From contig JABHQW010000008.1 of the NCBI GenBank assembly GCA_018696595.1, positions 1-64,000 of the forward strand: a DNA stretch of 64,000 bases. The letters are read 5' to 3'. The notes under the pieces are model-generated. The model had not been told where the DNA came from. It ran no database searches and was given only the letters and a program-made list of their open reading frames with translations. Position numbers and translations under genes: made by a program. Positions 7,434 to 17,100 of the stretch are shown one piece after another. The number at the start of each line of letters is the position of its first letter. The stretch's first letter is position 1. The stretch comes from Candidatus Woesearchaeota archaeon (lineage in GTDB: Archaea > Nanobdellota > Nanobdellia > Woesearchaeales > GW2011-AR9).

Positions 7434-9329
7434 TCATTCAAAAAATACTTTCATAACACCTTTAACTTTAGTTACTCTCTTAACTAATTCTTTTAGATGT
7501 TCTAAATCTCGAGGTACAACCAAGAAATTACATTGAGCATGATCTAAATCAATCAGTTTTGCTTTCGCTTCTTTAACTTCAAAACCAGCATTAGCAATTG
7601 TGTGTAACAAATCTGCTAATAACCCACTCCGCTCATGAGCATTAACAAAAAACTTTATTTTTTGTCCAAAAGAATCTTTCCAATTAACTGGCACCCAACG
7701 ATTTTGTTCTTTCAAAGCAAGTCGACAATCATCTTTATGTACTGAAACAATTCTTCTTTTGGTTAGTATCCCCGCGATGTCCTCTCCAGGTAAAGCTTGA
7801 CAACATTTAGCTAAAACACAAGAAGCATTGGGAAACTCTTCAGATTCAGCCAGAAGCCCTTGTTCTTCTCGCATAATCGGTTTAAAAGAACGGAAATGAA
7901 AAGCAGGTAAGTCTTCATAATTCTTTAATGATTTTCTAATTTTTTGTCTGGCCTTGGCAGATTTAACAATCTTAATCCAACTTCTTCTTGGACGTTGATT
8001 TTTGTTAGTAACAACCTCAACCACATCACCATGAGCAACTTCTTTCTTTAAAGAAACAAACTTGCCGTTAATTCTTCCACCAACAGTTTTATTTCCAACT
8101 TCTTCATGAACTAAATAAGCAAAGTCCAAAATAGTTGCACCTATTGGCAATTCTTTTATGTCTCCTTTAGGAGTATAACAATAAATAATATCTCCAAAAA
8201 CATCAACCTTTGCTGCTTCTAAAAATTCTTTGTTACCACCCTCTTTCTGTAAATCCAAAATACCCTTCAACCAAGAGATTTTTTTTTCAAATGATTGTTC
8301 TGAAGACATTCCTTTGTAACGCCAATGGGCAGCTATTCCTTCTTCAGCCACTTCATTCATTTCAGGAGTCCTAATTTGTACTTCGGCGATTCTCCCATTA
8401 GAAAGTTTTAGACCCGTATGAATTGAACGATAAAGGTTTGGTTTAGGGTTCGCAATATAATCTTTTAACCTTCCTTGAAGAGGATCAAATACTTCATGCA
8501 ATAAACCTAATACAGAATAACAATCCTTTTCATCGGGAACAATTATCCTAATGCCAAATAAATCAAATAGTTTGTCCAATCGAACTTTCTTTTTCTTAAT
8601 CTTACGATAAATGCTATAAACATGTTTAGGCCTACCTTTAATCTCAATAACTTTAATCCTTTCACCAATAACTTTCTTAATCACGCGAATTGCTTCGACC
8701 ACATTTTTTTGTCTTTGTTCATTAGACTCTTTTAAGAAATTAGTAATTTCTCTATACTTACGAGGATTAATAATTTTAAATGACAATTCTTCTAACTCCA
8801 CCTTAATTTTCTCCAATCCTAAACGATAAGCCAGAGGGGCATAAATTTCTAAGACTTCATGTGCAATTCTTTCTTGTTCTTCTTTAGGTAACTGACCAAT
8901 TGTCCTGAGATTGTCTAATTTATTTGCTAACTTAATTAAAATTACACGCATATCTGTCAAAGCAGTAATTAAGATTCTTCTTAACACTTCTGCTTCGAGA
9001 TTGTTATTCTTTTGTTTGATCTCCCGGATCTCTTCAACTTCTTTAATTAAAGAAAAAACTTCAGAACCAAATAAATCCTTGATCTTATTTTTAGTGTCCT
9101 CATTTAAATGACCATGCAATAGTCCCGCAAGAACAACTTCTATTGCAGAACTGTTTTCTGCCAAGATATTAGCTACTCGTAAATTATGTTCAAAGAAAGA
9201 ATCACCAGAAATCCTTTTTTTTCCAGTAAGATCAGAACTAATTAATGTTATCGCTTGATTAAACTTTTCAATAGCTTCTTTAGTGTACTGATTATTATCA
9301 CATAAAAATAAAAATTCCTTAACTTTCAT
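7434..9329 (-). CDS. relA: Long RelA/SpoT homologue: degenerate HD, (p)ppGpp synthetase, TGS, ZFD/CC and ACT domains
   Basis: GRPKHVYSIYRK, DLFGIRII, KDYIANPKPNLYRSIHT, EVQIRT, GIAAHWRYK, YTPKGD...DFAYLVH (TGS), AKCC..PGEDI, ERSGLLADL (ACT). Confidence 0.92.
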   Translation of the reverse strand: MKVKEFLFLCDNNQYTKEAIEKFNQAITLISSDLTGKKRISGDSFFEHNLRVANILAENSSAIEVVLAGLLHGHLNEDTKNKIKDLFGSEVFSLIKEVEEIREIKQKNNNLEAEVLRRILITALTDMRVILIKLANKLDNLRTIGQLPKEEQERIAHEVLEIYAPLAYRLGLEKIKVELEELSFKIINPRKYREITNFLKESNEQRQKNVVEAIRVIKKVIGERIKVIEIKGRPKHVYSIYRKIKKKKVRLDKLFDLFGIRIIVPDEKDCYSVLGLLHEVFDPLQGRLKDYIANPKPNLYRSIHTGLKLSNGRIAEVQIRTPEMNEVAEEGIAAHWRYKGMSSEQSFEKKISWLKGILDLQKEGGNKEFLEAAKVDVFGDIIYCYTPKGDIKELPIGATILDFAYLVHEEVGNKTVGGRINGKFVSLKKEVAHGDVVEVVTNKNQRPRRSWIKIVKSAKARQKIRKSLKNYEDLPAFHFRSFKPIMREEQGLLAESEEFPNASCVLAKCCQALPGEDIAGILTKRRIVSVHKDDCRLALKEQNRWVPVNWKDSFGQKIKFFVNAHERSGLLADLLHTIANAGFEVKEAKAKLIDLDHAQCNFLVVPRDLEHLKELVKRVTKVKGVMKVFFE

Positions 9330-9368
9330 AAAGAAACTAAAAGAAAGCCTTATTTAAAAATTCTCTGT

Positions 9369-10628
9369 CTATTTTCGACTTAACAGTTCTTCAATTCTTA
9401 ATAACTGGTTATACTTAGCGGTTCTTTCTCCGCGACAAGGTGCTCCTGCTTTAATTTGTCCGCAATTAATACCTACAGCTAAGTCAGCAATAAAAGTGTC
9501 TTCAGTTTCCCCACTACGATGAGAGACCATAACCTTCCAACCATTATTATGGGCTAACCGAACTGCATTAAGAGCTTCAGTTAATGAACCAATCTGGTTA
9601 ACCTTTAACAATAAACAATCACAACTACCCTCACGAATTGCTTCTTCAATTCTGTCAACATTTGTTACAGTTAAGTCATCCCCAACAATTTGAACATTCA
9701 GTTTATTCTCCGCTAATTTCTTTTTTAATTCAGCAAAAGCAATAAAGTCTTCTTGATCAAAAGGATCTTCAATTGAAACAAGAGGATATTTCTTTGCCAA
9801 TTGAATGTAATGATTAGTTAATTGTTGTTTACTTAACTTTCTACCATCAACCAAATATTTTCCTCTCTTAAAAAATTCTGAAGCTGCACAATCCATAGCA
9901 ATATCCATTTTCCCAAAATAACCAGCATCTTTAATCGCTTTCATAAGAATCTTTAAAGCATCAGTAGATTTTTGCAATCTTTCAGGTGCGAAACCTCCTT
10001 CATCACCAACATTAGTTGATCCTTTCCCATATTTCTTATGCAAATCCTTCTTAAGAATGTGATAAACTTCGCCAGCTGCTTGTAAATTCTGTTTAAATGT
10101 TTTAAATTTAGGTGCAATCATAAATTCCTGAAAACTAAGTTTATTGTCGGCATGTTTGCCACCATTAATAACATTAAAGAATGGCCTTGGTAAAGATATA
10201 GGAAATTCTTTTTTATAGGGGCTTAATAACTTAGCAATGTGTTCAAACAGAAATAACTTTTTGTTGTTCGCTCCCGCTCTTGCACAAGCTAAAGAAACAG
10301 CAAGAATTGCATTAGCACCAAATCTACTTTTGTCATCAGTCCGATCTTTTTTAATCATCAGCAAATCGATTTCTTTTTGTTTAGTACAATCTTTACCAAC
10401 AATAAATTTAGAAATCTTATCTACATTACGAACAGCTTTTTGTACTCCTTTTCCTAAATAACGTTTAGTTTTATCTCTTAATTCTAAAGCTTCATGAATT
10501 CCAGTAGATGCACCAGAAGGAACAGAAGCACTATAAATCATATTTTTGGCAATAAGGTCTACTTCAATAGTGGGATTGCCCCGACTATCTAAAATTTCTC
10601 GTGCCTTTATTTTTTTTATTTTTGACAT
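9369..10628 (-). CDS. eno: Enolase
   Basis: DSRGNPT, VPSGASTGIHEA, GDEGGFAP, LLKVNQIGSLTE and SHRSGETED motifs. Confidence 0.97.
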   Translation of the reverse strand: MSKIKKIKAREILDSRGNPTIEVDLIAKNMIYSASVPSGASTGIHEALELRDKTKRYLGKGVQKAVRNVDKISKFIVGKDCTKQKEIDLLMIKKDRTDDKSRFGANAILAVSLACARAGANNKKLFLFEHIAKLLSPYKKEFPISLPRPFFNVINGGKHADNKLSFQEFMIAPKFKTFKQNLQAAGEVYHILKKDLHKKYGKGSTNVGDEGGFAPERLQKSTDALKILMKAIKDAGYFGKMDIAMDCAASEFFKRGKYLVDGRKLSKQQLTNHYIQLAKKYPLVSIEDPFDQEDFIAFAELKKKLAENKLNVQIVGDDLTVTNVDRIEEAIREGSCDCLLLKVNQIGSLTEALNAVRLAHNNGWKVMVSHRSGETEDTFIADLAVGINCGQIKAGAPCRGERTAKYNQLLRIEELLSRK

Positions 10629-10643
10629 CTTATTAACCTCTTT

Positions 10644-13253
10644 TTATTTTCCGGAAAGTGAAAAGTGCATAAAATCTTTTTGGTTTCCAGACCACTCCCC
10701 ACCCCATTTCCAACCAAGATTAACTAAATTTTGATATGCCGGTGAACTTTTAGTAATTGTTCCGGGAAATGATTGATCTCTTAATTTATTCTTACTTCCG
10801 CCATGGCTTAATGAACATTTACTTGAATCCCAAACATTACAATTATCATACAACCCATTATACTCTCGATTAATATCTACTGCCAAACCATAAGGATGTT
10901 GTCCAAACTTTGTTTTAGAACTATAAGTTCTTCCTTCTCTGAAACCCACAACATCAAAAATATTAAAACCAGAATTACAAATATTTTGAATAGCATTTTT
11001 TATTTGTGCTTCATATTTCCAACAGATTTTAAATGAAAGACTTTGCCCATTACAATTAACATTAATTTCTTTTTGATCTTCCCTACAAAGGGTACAACCA
11101 GAACCACTAGGATCAAATACTTCTCCACCGATTTCGGAGTACTTTTTCTGTTTAAGTCCATTATCTTCATAACTACAAGTTTGTGGAGTAACACGATTAG
11201 AATTTAGAGTATTACCAAAATTAGTATTAACACCAGAACTACTTCCAGCAGTTGGATCACAAAATTGTCCTTGTAATTGTTGAATCAAGTTTGTTGGATT
11301 CTGAATATCTTGGTGTTTTTTTGTTAAAGAATCAACTTTACAGTCAGTTGAATAACCATTATTAGGTTCCCACTTAATGTTTTCATCTTTCATGCCAGAA
11401 TACACTTCTAAATGTAACATGGCATCTTTACCATTCGTCCCACAATAACTAGCGACACCGATCTTTTGACCTGGAACAATTGAATCTCCTGGATTAACAG
11501 CAACTTTATCATTATCTATCTCGCCATAATTAATTGTTCTTTTCAATTGAGGATTGTAAACATAAACTGCGGACACTTTTTTATTAATTCCTTGTGCACC
11601 CCAACCATCCTTACATTCGTAAAAATTTTTGACAGCAACAACGGTTCCAGCTTCCAAAGCAACAACAATTCCAGGGGGTTTATTGTAAATATCTATGCCA
11701 ACATGACACCTAGTATTATCATCACGAGGATTACCCCAATTACTACTAATTTTAGTAAAACTATCACTTGTTAAAGGAAAACATTGTCCGGGAGAAGATA
11801 AGGCTAAAATCCCCCCTGGATTACTAAGACTATGAGGAGTACCATAAGAGGGAGAAGACCCCGCAGAACCTTGTTGAATAGTATAATAAACTTTCTTAAT
11901 ATCTTGCCAACTCCAAGCGTTTGTTAAAGTTTTATCCCAAACTTTTCCAACACCTTCACTAGCAACAAAATTACTAACCTTCAACCAAGCTTCATCAATC
12001 TCTTCCTGTCTTTTAGGAAGACCTTTAGGAACTTCCTTATTTTGTCCGCCAGGGGCTTGTTTTTGATATGAAGTAGGGCTGTTTGCAATTGTACCTGAAG
12101 GAGTTTGAACATTTGTCTGCCCGAGAGTAATTGCACCATAAGCAGATGACCCAGAATAAGTCCAAGCCATAGACATTTTTCCAATATTTTTATGACCAAT
12201 ATCTAAAGGGACATAATTAACATTAGGGTGCCCAGGAACTTTAAGTACTTGACCCGTAACTGCTCCAGGAGTTGAAGATTTTTCTTTATCTTTCGTATTC
12301 CATTTAACATTCTCAGTATACCAACTAGCTACCTGAGCATCATATTGGGCACCTAATTGTTTTACAGTAAGAATTGCAAATTGTGTTGGCCGATGAGCAC
12401 CCCTTCTACTTGGATCTTGCACTAACATGTACATCTCGGCATTTGAATTGTATTGTAAATAATGTTCATAAACAAGCAAGGCAGACGGTTGTTCTTCAAA
12501 TGGACTACTAGAACTAAAACCCCACCCATAATCAGAATCTGAGAAAACTATTTTATTCACACCAATAGATTTCAACGCATTATTACTTTTACTTGGACGA
12601 GTAGCACCATGTCTTAATGCTGCACCACCAGCACTATGTCCAACCATAGAAACATAACCAACATCAACCCCTGGATTAAAATTTTGTTTCAAAATATTTA
12701 TTGCATCTTGGTGTAATTGAATCAAATTAGAATCGCCATCCTTCCAAATATCATTTTGATTACTTCTTTTAGCAGTTCCTGCAGACCAGGGCATTTCCGG
12801 AAAAACAATAACGAAGTTTCTTCCTGAACCAGACAATATTTTAGCTTGAGGTGCTACTCTTAAATTCATGTCATTATAACTATCACCATTCCCGTGATAA
12901 GAGAAACCCGTTAAACCATGAAAAAAGTACATCACCTCGATTTTTTTACTGAAGTCAGTAGAACAAGGAACAAAAATAATTGTTTCCCTACCTGTGTCTA
13001 CACGATCATCATTATCATTAGGTCCATTAGATTGTAATTTCCCAATCCAACTTTTTCCCCCCAGGGTTTGTCCACTAATAGCAGCCTTCCAACCATTAAC
13101 AATTTCTTGTCGAGGATTATTCGATTCAATAACTTCATGATTTGTATTTGTACAAGTTGTCGCTCCGAAAGGAACACTTGCAGCTAAAGAGAATGAAGAA
13201 AAGAGAACTAATAGGAAAAATGACAATAAAATAATTATTTTTATTTTCTTCAT
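10644..13253 (-). CDS. Secreted multidomain protein: alpha/beta-hydrolase, shared linker, M23 peptidase, M15 peptidase
   Basis: Signal peptide; FFHG...GHSAGG elbow; HVGID (M23 HxxxD) and MLHLE; C-terminal QHPYGLAVDIN and DFMHFS (M15 Zn motifs). Confidence 0.8.
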   Translation of the reverse strand: MKKIKIIILLSFFLLVLFSSFSLAASVPFGATTCTNTNHEVIESNNPRQEIVNGWKAAISGQTLGGKSWIGKLQSNGPNDNDDRVDTGRETIIFVPCSTDFSKKIEVMYFFHGLTGFSYHGNGDSYNDMNLRVAPQAKILSGSGRNFVIVFPEMPWSAGTAKRSNQNDIWKDGDSNLIQLHQDAINILKQNFNPGVDVGYVSMVGHSAGGAALRHGATRPSKSNNALKSIGVNKIVFSDSDYGWGFSSSSPFEEQPSALLVYEHYLQYNSNAEMYMLVQDPSRRGAHRPTQFAILTVKQLGAQYDAQVASWYTENVKWNTKDKEKSSTPGAVTGQVLKVPGHPNVNYVPLDIGHKNIGKMSMAWTYSGSSAYGAITLGQTNVQTPSGTIANSPTSYQKQAPGGQNKEVPKGLPKRQEEIDEAWLKVSNFVASEGVGKVWDKTLTNAWSWQDIKKVYYTIQQGSAGSSPSYGTPHSLSNPGGILALSSPGQCFPLTSDSFTKISSNWGNPRDDNTRCHVGIDIYNKPPGIVVALEAGTVVAVKNFYECKDGWGAQGINKKVSAVYVYNPQLKRTINYGEIDNDKVAVNPGDSIVPGQKIGVASYCGTNGKDAMLHLEVYSGMKDENIKWEPNNGYSTDCKVDSLTKKHQDIQNPTNLIQQLQGQFCDPTAGSSSGVNTNFGNTLNSNRVTPQTCSYEDNGLKQKKYSEIGGEVFDPSGSGCTLCREDQKEINVNCNGQSLSFKICWKYEAQIKNAIQNICNSGFNIFDVVGFREGRTYSSKTKFGQHPYGLAVDINREYNGLYDNCNVWDSSKCSLSHGGSKNKLRDQSFPGTITKSSPAYQNLVNLGWKWGGEWSGNQKDFMHFSLSGK
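11815..12035. repeat. 221-bp direct repeat copy 1 (shared internal linker of two secreted enzymes)
   Basis: Aligns without gaps to 15802-16022. The 68-bp stretch 11953-12020 is identical to 15940-16007. Confidence 0.95.
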
Positions 13254-13284
13254 TTCTTTCCCAAATTAAATTATTTTCTAAATA

Positions 13285-14109
13285 TTATCTTTCTTTATAA
13301 TAAATAAAGTAAATTGCTAAAATCACAACTAACATTATCGCTAAAACAATAGCAAGATAAATTTGCCAAGCAGTTTTGGTTTGCTTTGTTTCTTGTATTT
13401 CTGATGATTGATATGTCCCCACAAAAAGTGTTTCTTCTGGGACATCTTGTCCATCAAAAGGATCAGTACCAACTTGCTTTTCATATGTGTCACTGTATTG
13501 GTCATGATCAGTATCTGCCCAACCAGGCAGGATATCTTCATTTAGACTGTTTGAATTGCCTCTCAACTCTGCTAAGTTACGGTAACCATCACTATCTAAA
13601 TCTATCCACCACGGCGTGGATTTAGGATTTTCTTTGTCTGTGTTAGAATTATGTTCTTCATAATTATAAAACCCATCTTCATCGGAATCTACACAATCAA
13701 TATCATAATCACCCAAATAATCAAAACATTCTTCTTCATACAATATCACACAAATATTGTCGTTTTGCACACACCAGTTTTCCTCATCTATTTCCCCATA
13801 ATATTCAATAGTATTAGGATTTTCAGTTGGGTCTTCTGGGTCAGTACCAATTACCAGCTCTTCTTCGTTACCAAACCAATCACCATCAGTGTCCCATTGT
13901 GATAAAAAAATATTACAGGCATCTAAATTATTAGCGAGAAGATAGTTTTCAAATCCTGTATCTAGTTCTTGCAATTCGTAACATAGTGCCAAAGTAAGTG
14001 TATCTTCACTAATTTCTGACCCAGATAGTGCCGTTACTAAATAAATCGAACAAAATAAAAATACAAGTACAATAATAGTTTGTTTTGTTTTCTTTTGTTT
14101 TGTTTTCAT
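13285..14109 (-). CDS. Membrane-anchored acidic protein with DxDxDG calcium-binding (thrombospondin type 3-like) repeats
   Basis: N-terminal signal; DTDGDW, DSDEDG, DLDSDG, DTDHDQ repeats each followed by E..GTDP-like segments; C-terminal TM helix. Confidence 0.7.
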   Translation of the reverse strand: MKTKQKKTKQTIIVLVFLFCSIYLVTALSGSEISEDTLTLALCYELQELDTGFENYLLANNLDACNIFLSQWDTDGDWFGNEEELVIGTDPEDPTENPNTIEYYGEIDEENWCVQNDNICVILYEEECFDYLGDYDIDCVDSDEDGFYNYEEHNSNTDKENPKSTPWWIDLDSDGYRNLAELRGNSNSLNEDILPGWADTDHDQYSDTYEKQVGTDPFDGQDVPEETLFVGTYQSSEIQETKQTKTAWQIYLAIVLAIMLVVILAIYFIYYKER

Positions 14110-14121
14110 TTGTTTTGTTTT
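14077..14121 (-). repeat. 3 x 15-bp tandem repeat (AAAACAAAACAAA-NN) spanning the start codon of 13285-14109
   Basis: Units AAAACAAAACAAATG, AAAACAAAACAAAAG, AAAACAAAACAAACT. Confidence 0.8.
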
Positions 14122-14153
14122 GATTAATTAGTGAATTAACTCCTAATTATTGG

Positions 14154-17100
14154 TTAAATATTAAATTGATCCAAAGTATTTCCATTTTCATCCTTAGCCA
14201 CACAATGTAAATTCGCATCGCAACGATAATACCCTCTTGTTTGTAAACAAAATACAGACCCTTGAGTAGGTAAACAGGATCTTGGATTTAGCATCGCACC
14301 AACTTCTAAATGTGTTACCCCCCCTCTAATTACTCTAGCTAATCCATGAGTGTGTCCAGCAAAAGCTAATACTTTATTCCCTTTATTTTTATGTTCCACT
14401 AATAATTCATGCCACTTTCTTGCGCAACCATTACTATGACTCCCAGTAATCTGTGGATAAGCAGGTTTATGATATCCCAACATAATATCTTTGTTAGGGT
14501 TCGCATTCAACTGTTGTTTTAAAAATTGAGTTTCGAAATTACAATTGCCCTCATTATTTAGAATGATTGCTATTAAATTAGAAGTTATAGGCACCACATG
14601 ATGACCACCATTAGACATTTGATTACGGATGTAAGGAAATTCATCACCTAAATTATCGGCAATTGCTTGGTGGCCTTTTCCTTTATAAGTACTCTTGCTT
14701 TCGTGATTCCCCACAATGGCATAAAGAGTCCCTTGCTTAATTAAATCACGTTCATAATTTAAAAACTTTTTCCAATGGTCTTTTCTACCACCATCATCAA
14801 CAAAATCTCCAACATGAAACAATGAAGGGTTGGCACATTCTTTCTTTATACTTTCAAGTGCTATTTTTTGTTTAAGCGTAGGGTTACGAGTATCACCATA
14901 TAATATCAAACAATTTGGATCTTTTACTTGTCCCTGGCCCACGTAAGTTGTTTGAGAAGGTGCTGTTGAACCAGAATTTTTAGCACTTGGACCAGTTGAA
15001 TAACCACTTTGAGATGCTTCCTTACATTTTGAAAAATAAACATAACGTTCTGGTCTATCACCTCCCACATATCTTTTAAAAACTTCTTTAATTTGTTCAG
15101 GAGTCTGTGCATTTTTAGCACCTTTTTTAATCAATTCATCAACCATAGCAACAATATTCTTATGAGGGTCAAAAAGATCACAAAGAGTATAAGTTATTCC
15201 CCCTTGCTCAATCGTAGTGGCCCCAAAATTAGAAGTTAATTGACCCAAACCAATCCCATATCGATAATTAGGATCAAATTTATTCCCATTATTATCACAA
15301 AAATGGGCTTTTGCTAAATTTGGATTGCTGGTAGGCACATTCAATGAATAAGTAGAAGTATCAAAAATTCCTTTAATACAAGGATCTTGTATTGCCTGAA
15401 TACATTGTGCTCTTAATTGTTGTCGTTCACTACTTGATAAACTCCTTCGATTCTCAACCAAATTAACACAACTAGAATGCTTATTTGCTTCAGCATTACA
15501 ATCATTCATCAATTTGCTAGTGCTTGCTTCTGAAAATGGACCATACTGATTTTGACATGCAGGAGATTTATCTAAAAGTAATCTTCTTCTTGCTGAAACA
15601 GTACATCTACCAACATTAGCATCATTACCTACTCTCCACCATTGACCACTAGATTCTTGTTTCACTGTTACCAAACCAAAACAAGGATCAATCCCTTTCT
15701 GTTTAGACACTTCTACAACCTCAGGCAAATAAGTAGTATCTTTATATCCACTAAGACCAGCAAAACTGCCAGATCCTGTTGAGGATAAAGGAAGTGGCCC
15801 GCCAGGATTACTTAAGCTAAATGGAGTCCCATAAGAGGGAGCAGAACCGATAGGAATTTGTTGAATGGTGTAATAAACTTTCTTAATGTCTTGCCAACTC
15901 CAAATGTTAGTCAAAGTTTTATCCCACACTTGATTAACCCCTTCACTAGCAACAAAATTACTAACCTTCAACCAAGCTTCATCAATCTCTTCCTGTCTTT
16001 TAGGAAGTCCCTTAGGAACCTCTTGAGTGGTAAATTGTTGTTGCTGTTGTTGAGAGTAAGGTTGTGCAAATTGCTGATTATTACTAGCCAACTTAGAACC
16101 AGGAGTTATTCCTTGTTGATTATTTGTCTGCTGTTTGATACAACTTGCAATCATCCCATTATGATCATTCTCTGTTACTTGTCCTTCTATCGGAGCAACT
16201 AATTCGACACTAAAAGGATTAAAATTTGCAACACTCTCTTTAGGAGCAAAATAATAATAAGCGTCAGTATTGTAAGCATAACGTAAACAATAAGCAACTG
16301 CCTTAACATGACGATGATCAGAAACAACTAACACTTTTTCTCCTGGTTGAATATAACCTTTTGAGTTTTGTAAGTTAGCAGCAGTGTCTCCAGACTTAGT
16401 TTCTTTAATGACGGCAATCTTAGAATGTATATTTTGGTCAAGTGTTAACAAATACGTTTCCATTTCTGTAGCTTCATTACAACCACCACTACAAGTCTGA
16501 CAGGTTGCATCTTTATCTGTTTCAACACAACCACCAGTTAAAATTAATTTTTTAAAATTATTTCCTACACTAATCAAATCATAACCTGCTCTTACTCGAT
16601 TTTCCATCTCTGAACGCAGATGTCTTCCAAGAATCATCATCGTATCAAACTCTTGCAAATTTGCCGAATTGGTTAAATAAGTACTTGTAGCTTGTTCTGT
16701 TGTTATTTGTCCCCCAAACACTTCGCTAAAAACTTTATTTGACATTGCTTGATATCCAGCAGTATTTGGATGAACATTGCCACAAGAAGAAGCATAATTT
16801 GAATTCATACAAGGTTCTTGACTAACAAGAAGTTGATAAAAATCTACCACACCACCAATATTCCCAATTTCTTTTTGTGTTCTTATCCAGACATTAATTT
16901 CTTTAACTACATTATTCTTTTCTACACTATTTTGTTTGTTATATGGGGGAATTGTTCCAGCTATGACCTTAATATTGTTATTTCTTGCTAAAAAATAGAT
17001 CTGTTCTAAATTTGCAATCACATCAGGGGCAGACTTGCCCCCACTAATATCATTAGTCCCACCAAGAACAATTAAATGAGTATATCCTTTATTAAGAATC

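Noticed and set aside
6429-10628. Bacterial-type gap, relA and eno as evidence of a bacterial or chimeric contig
   Set aside because: Composition looks uniform by eye and the genes are interleaved with archaeal markers (Sua5, Nop2-like, PAC2, GatD, TFB). Bacterial-type GAPDH is known in DPANN. Read-pair support should still be checked.
13400-13900. Periodic repeats in 13285-14109 considered as a CRISPR or DNA repeat array
   Set aside because: The periodicity is protein-level (DxDxDG motifs) with divergent codons; no constant-length repeat-spacer structure.
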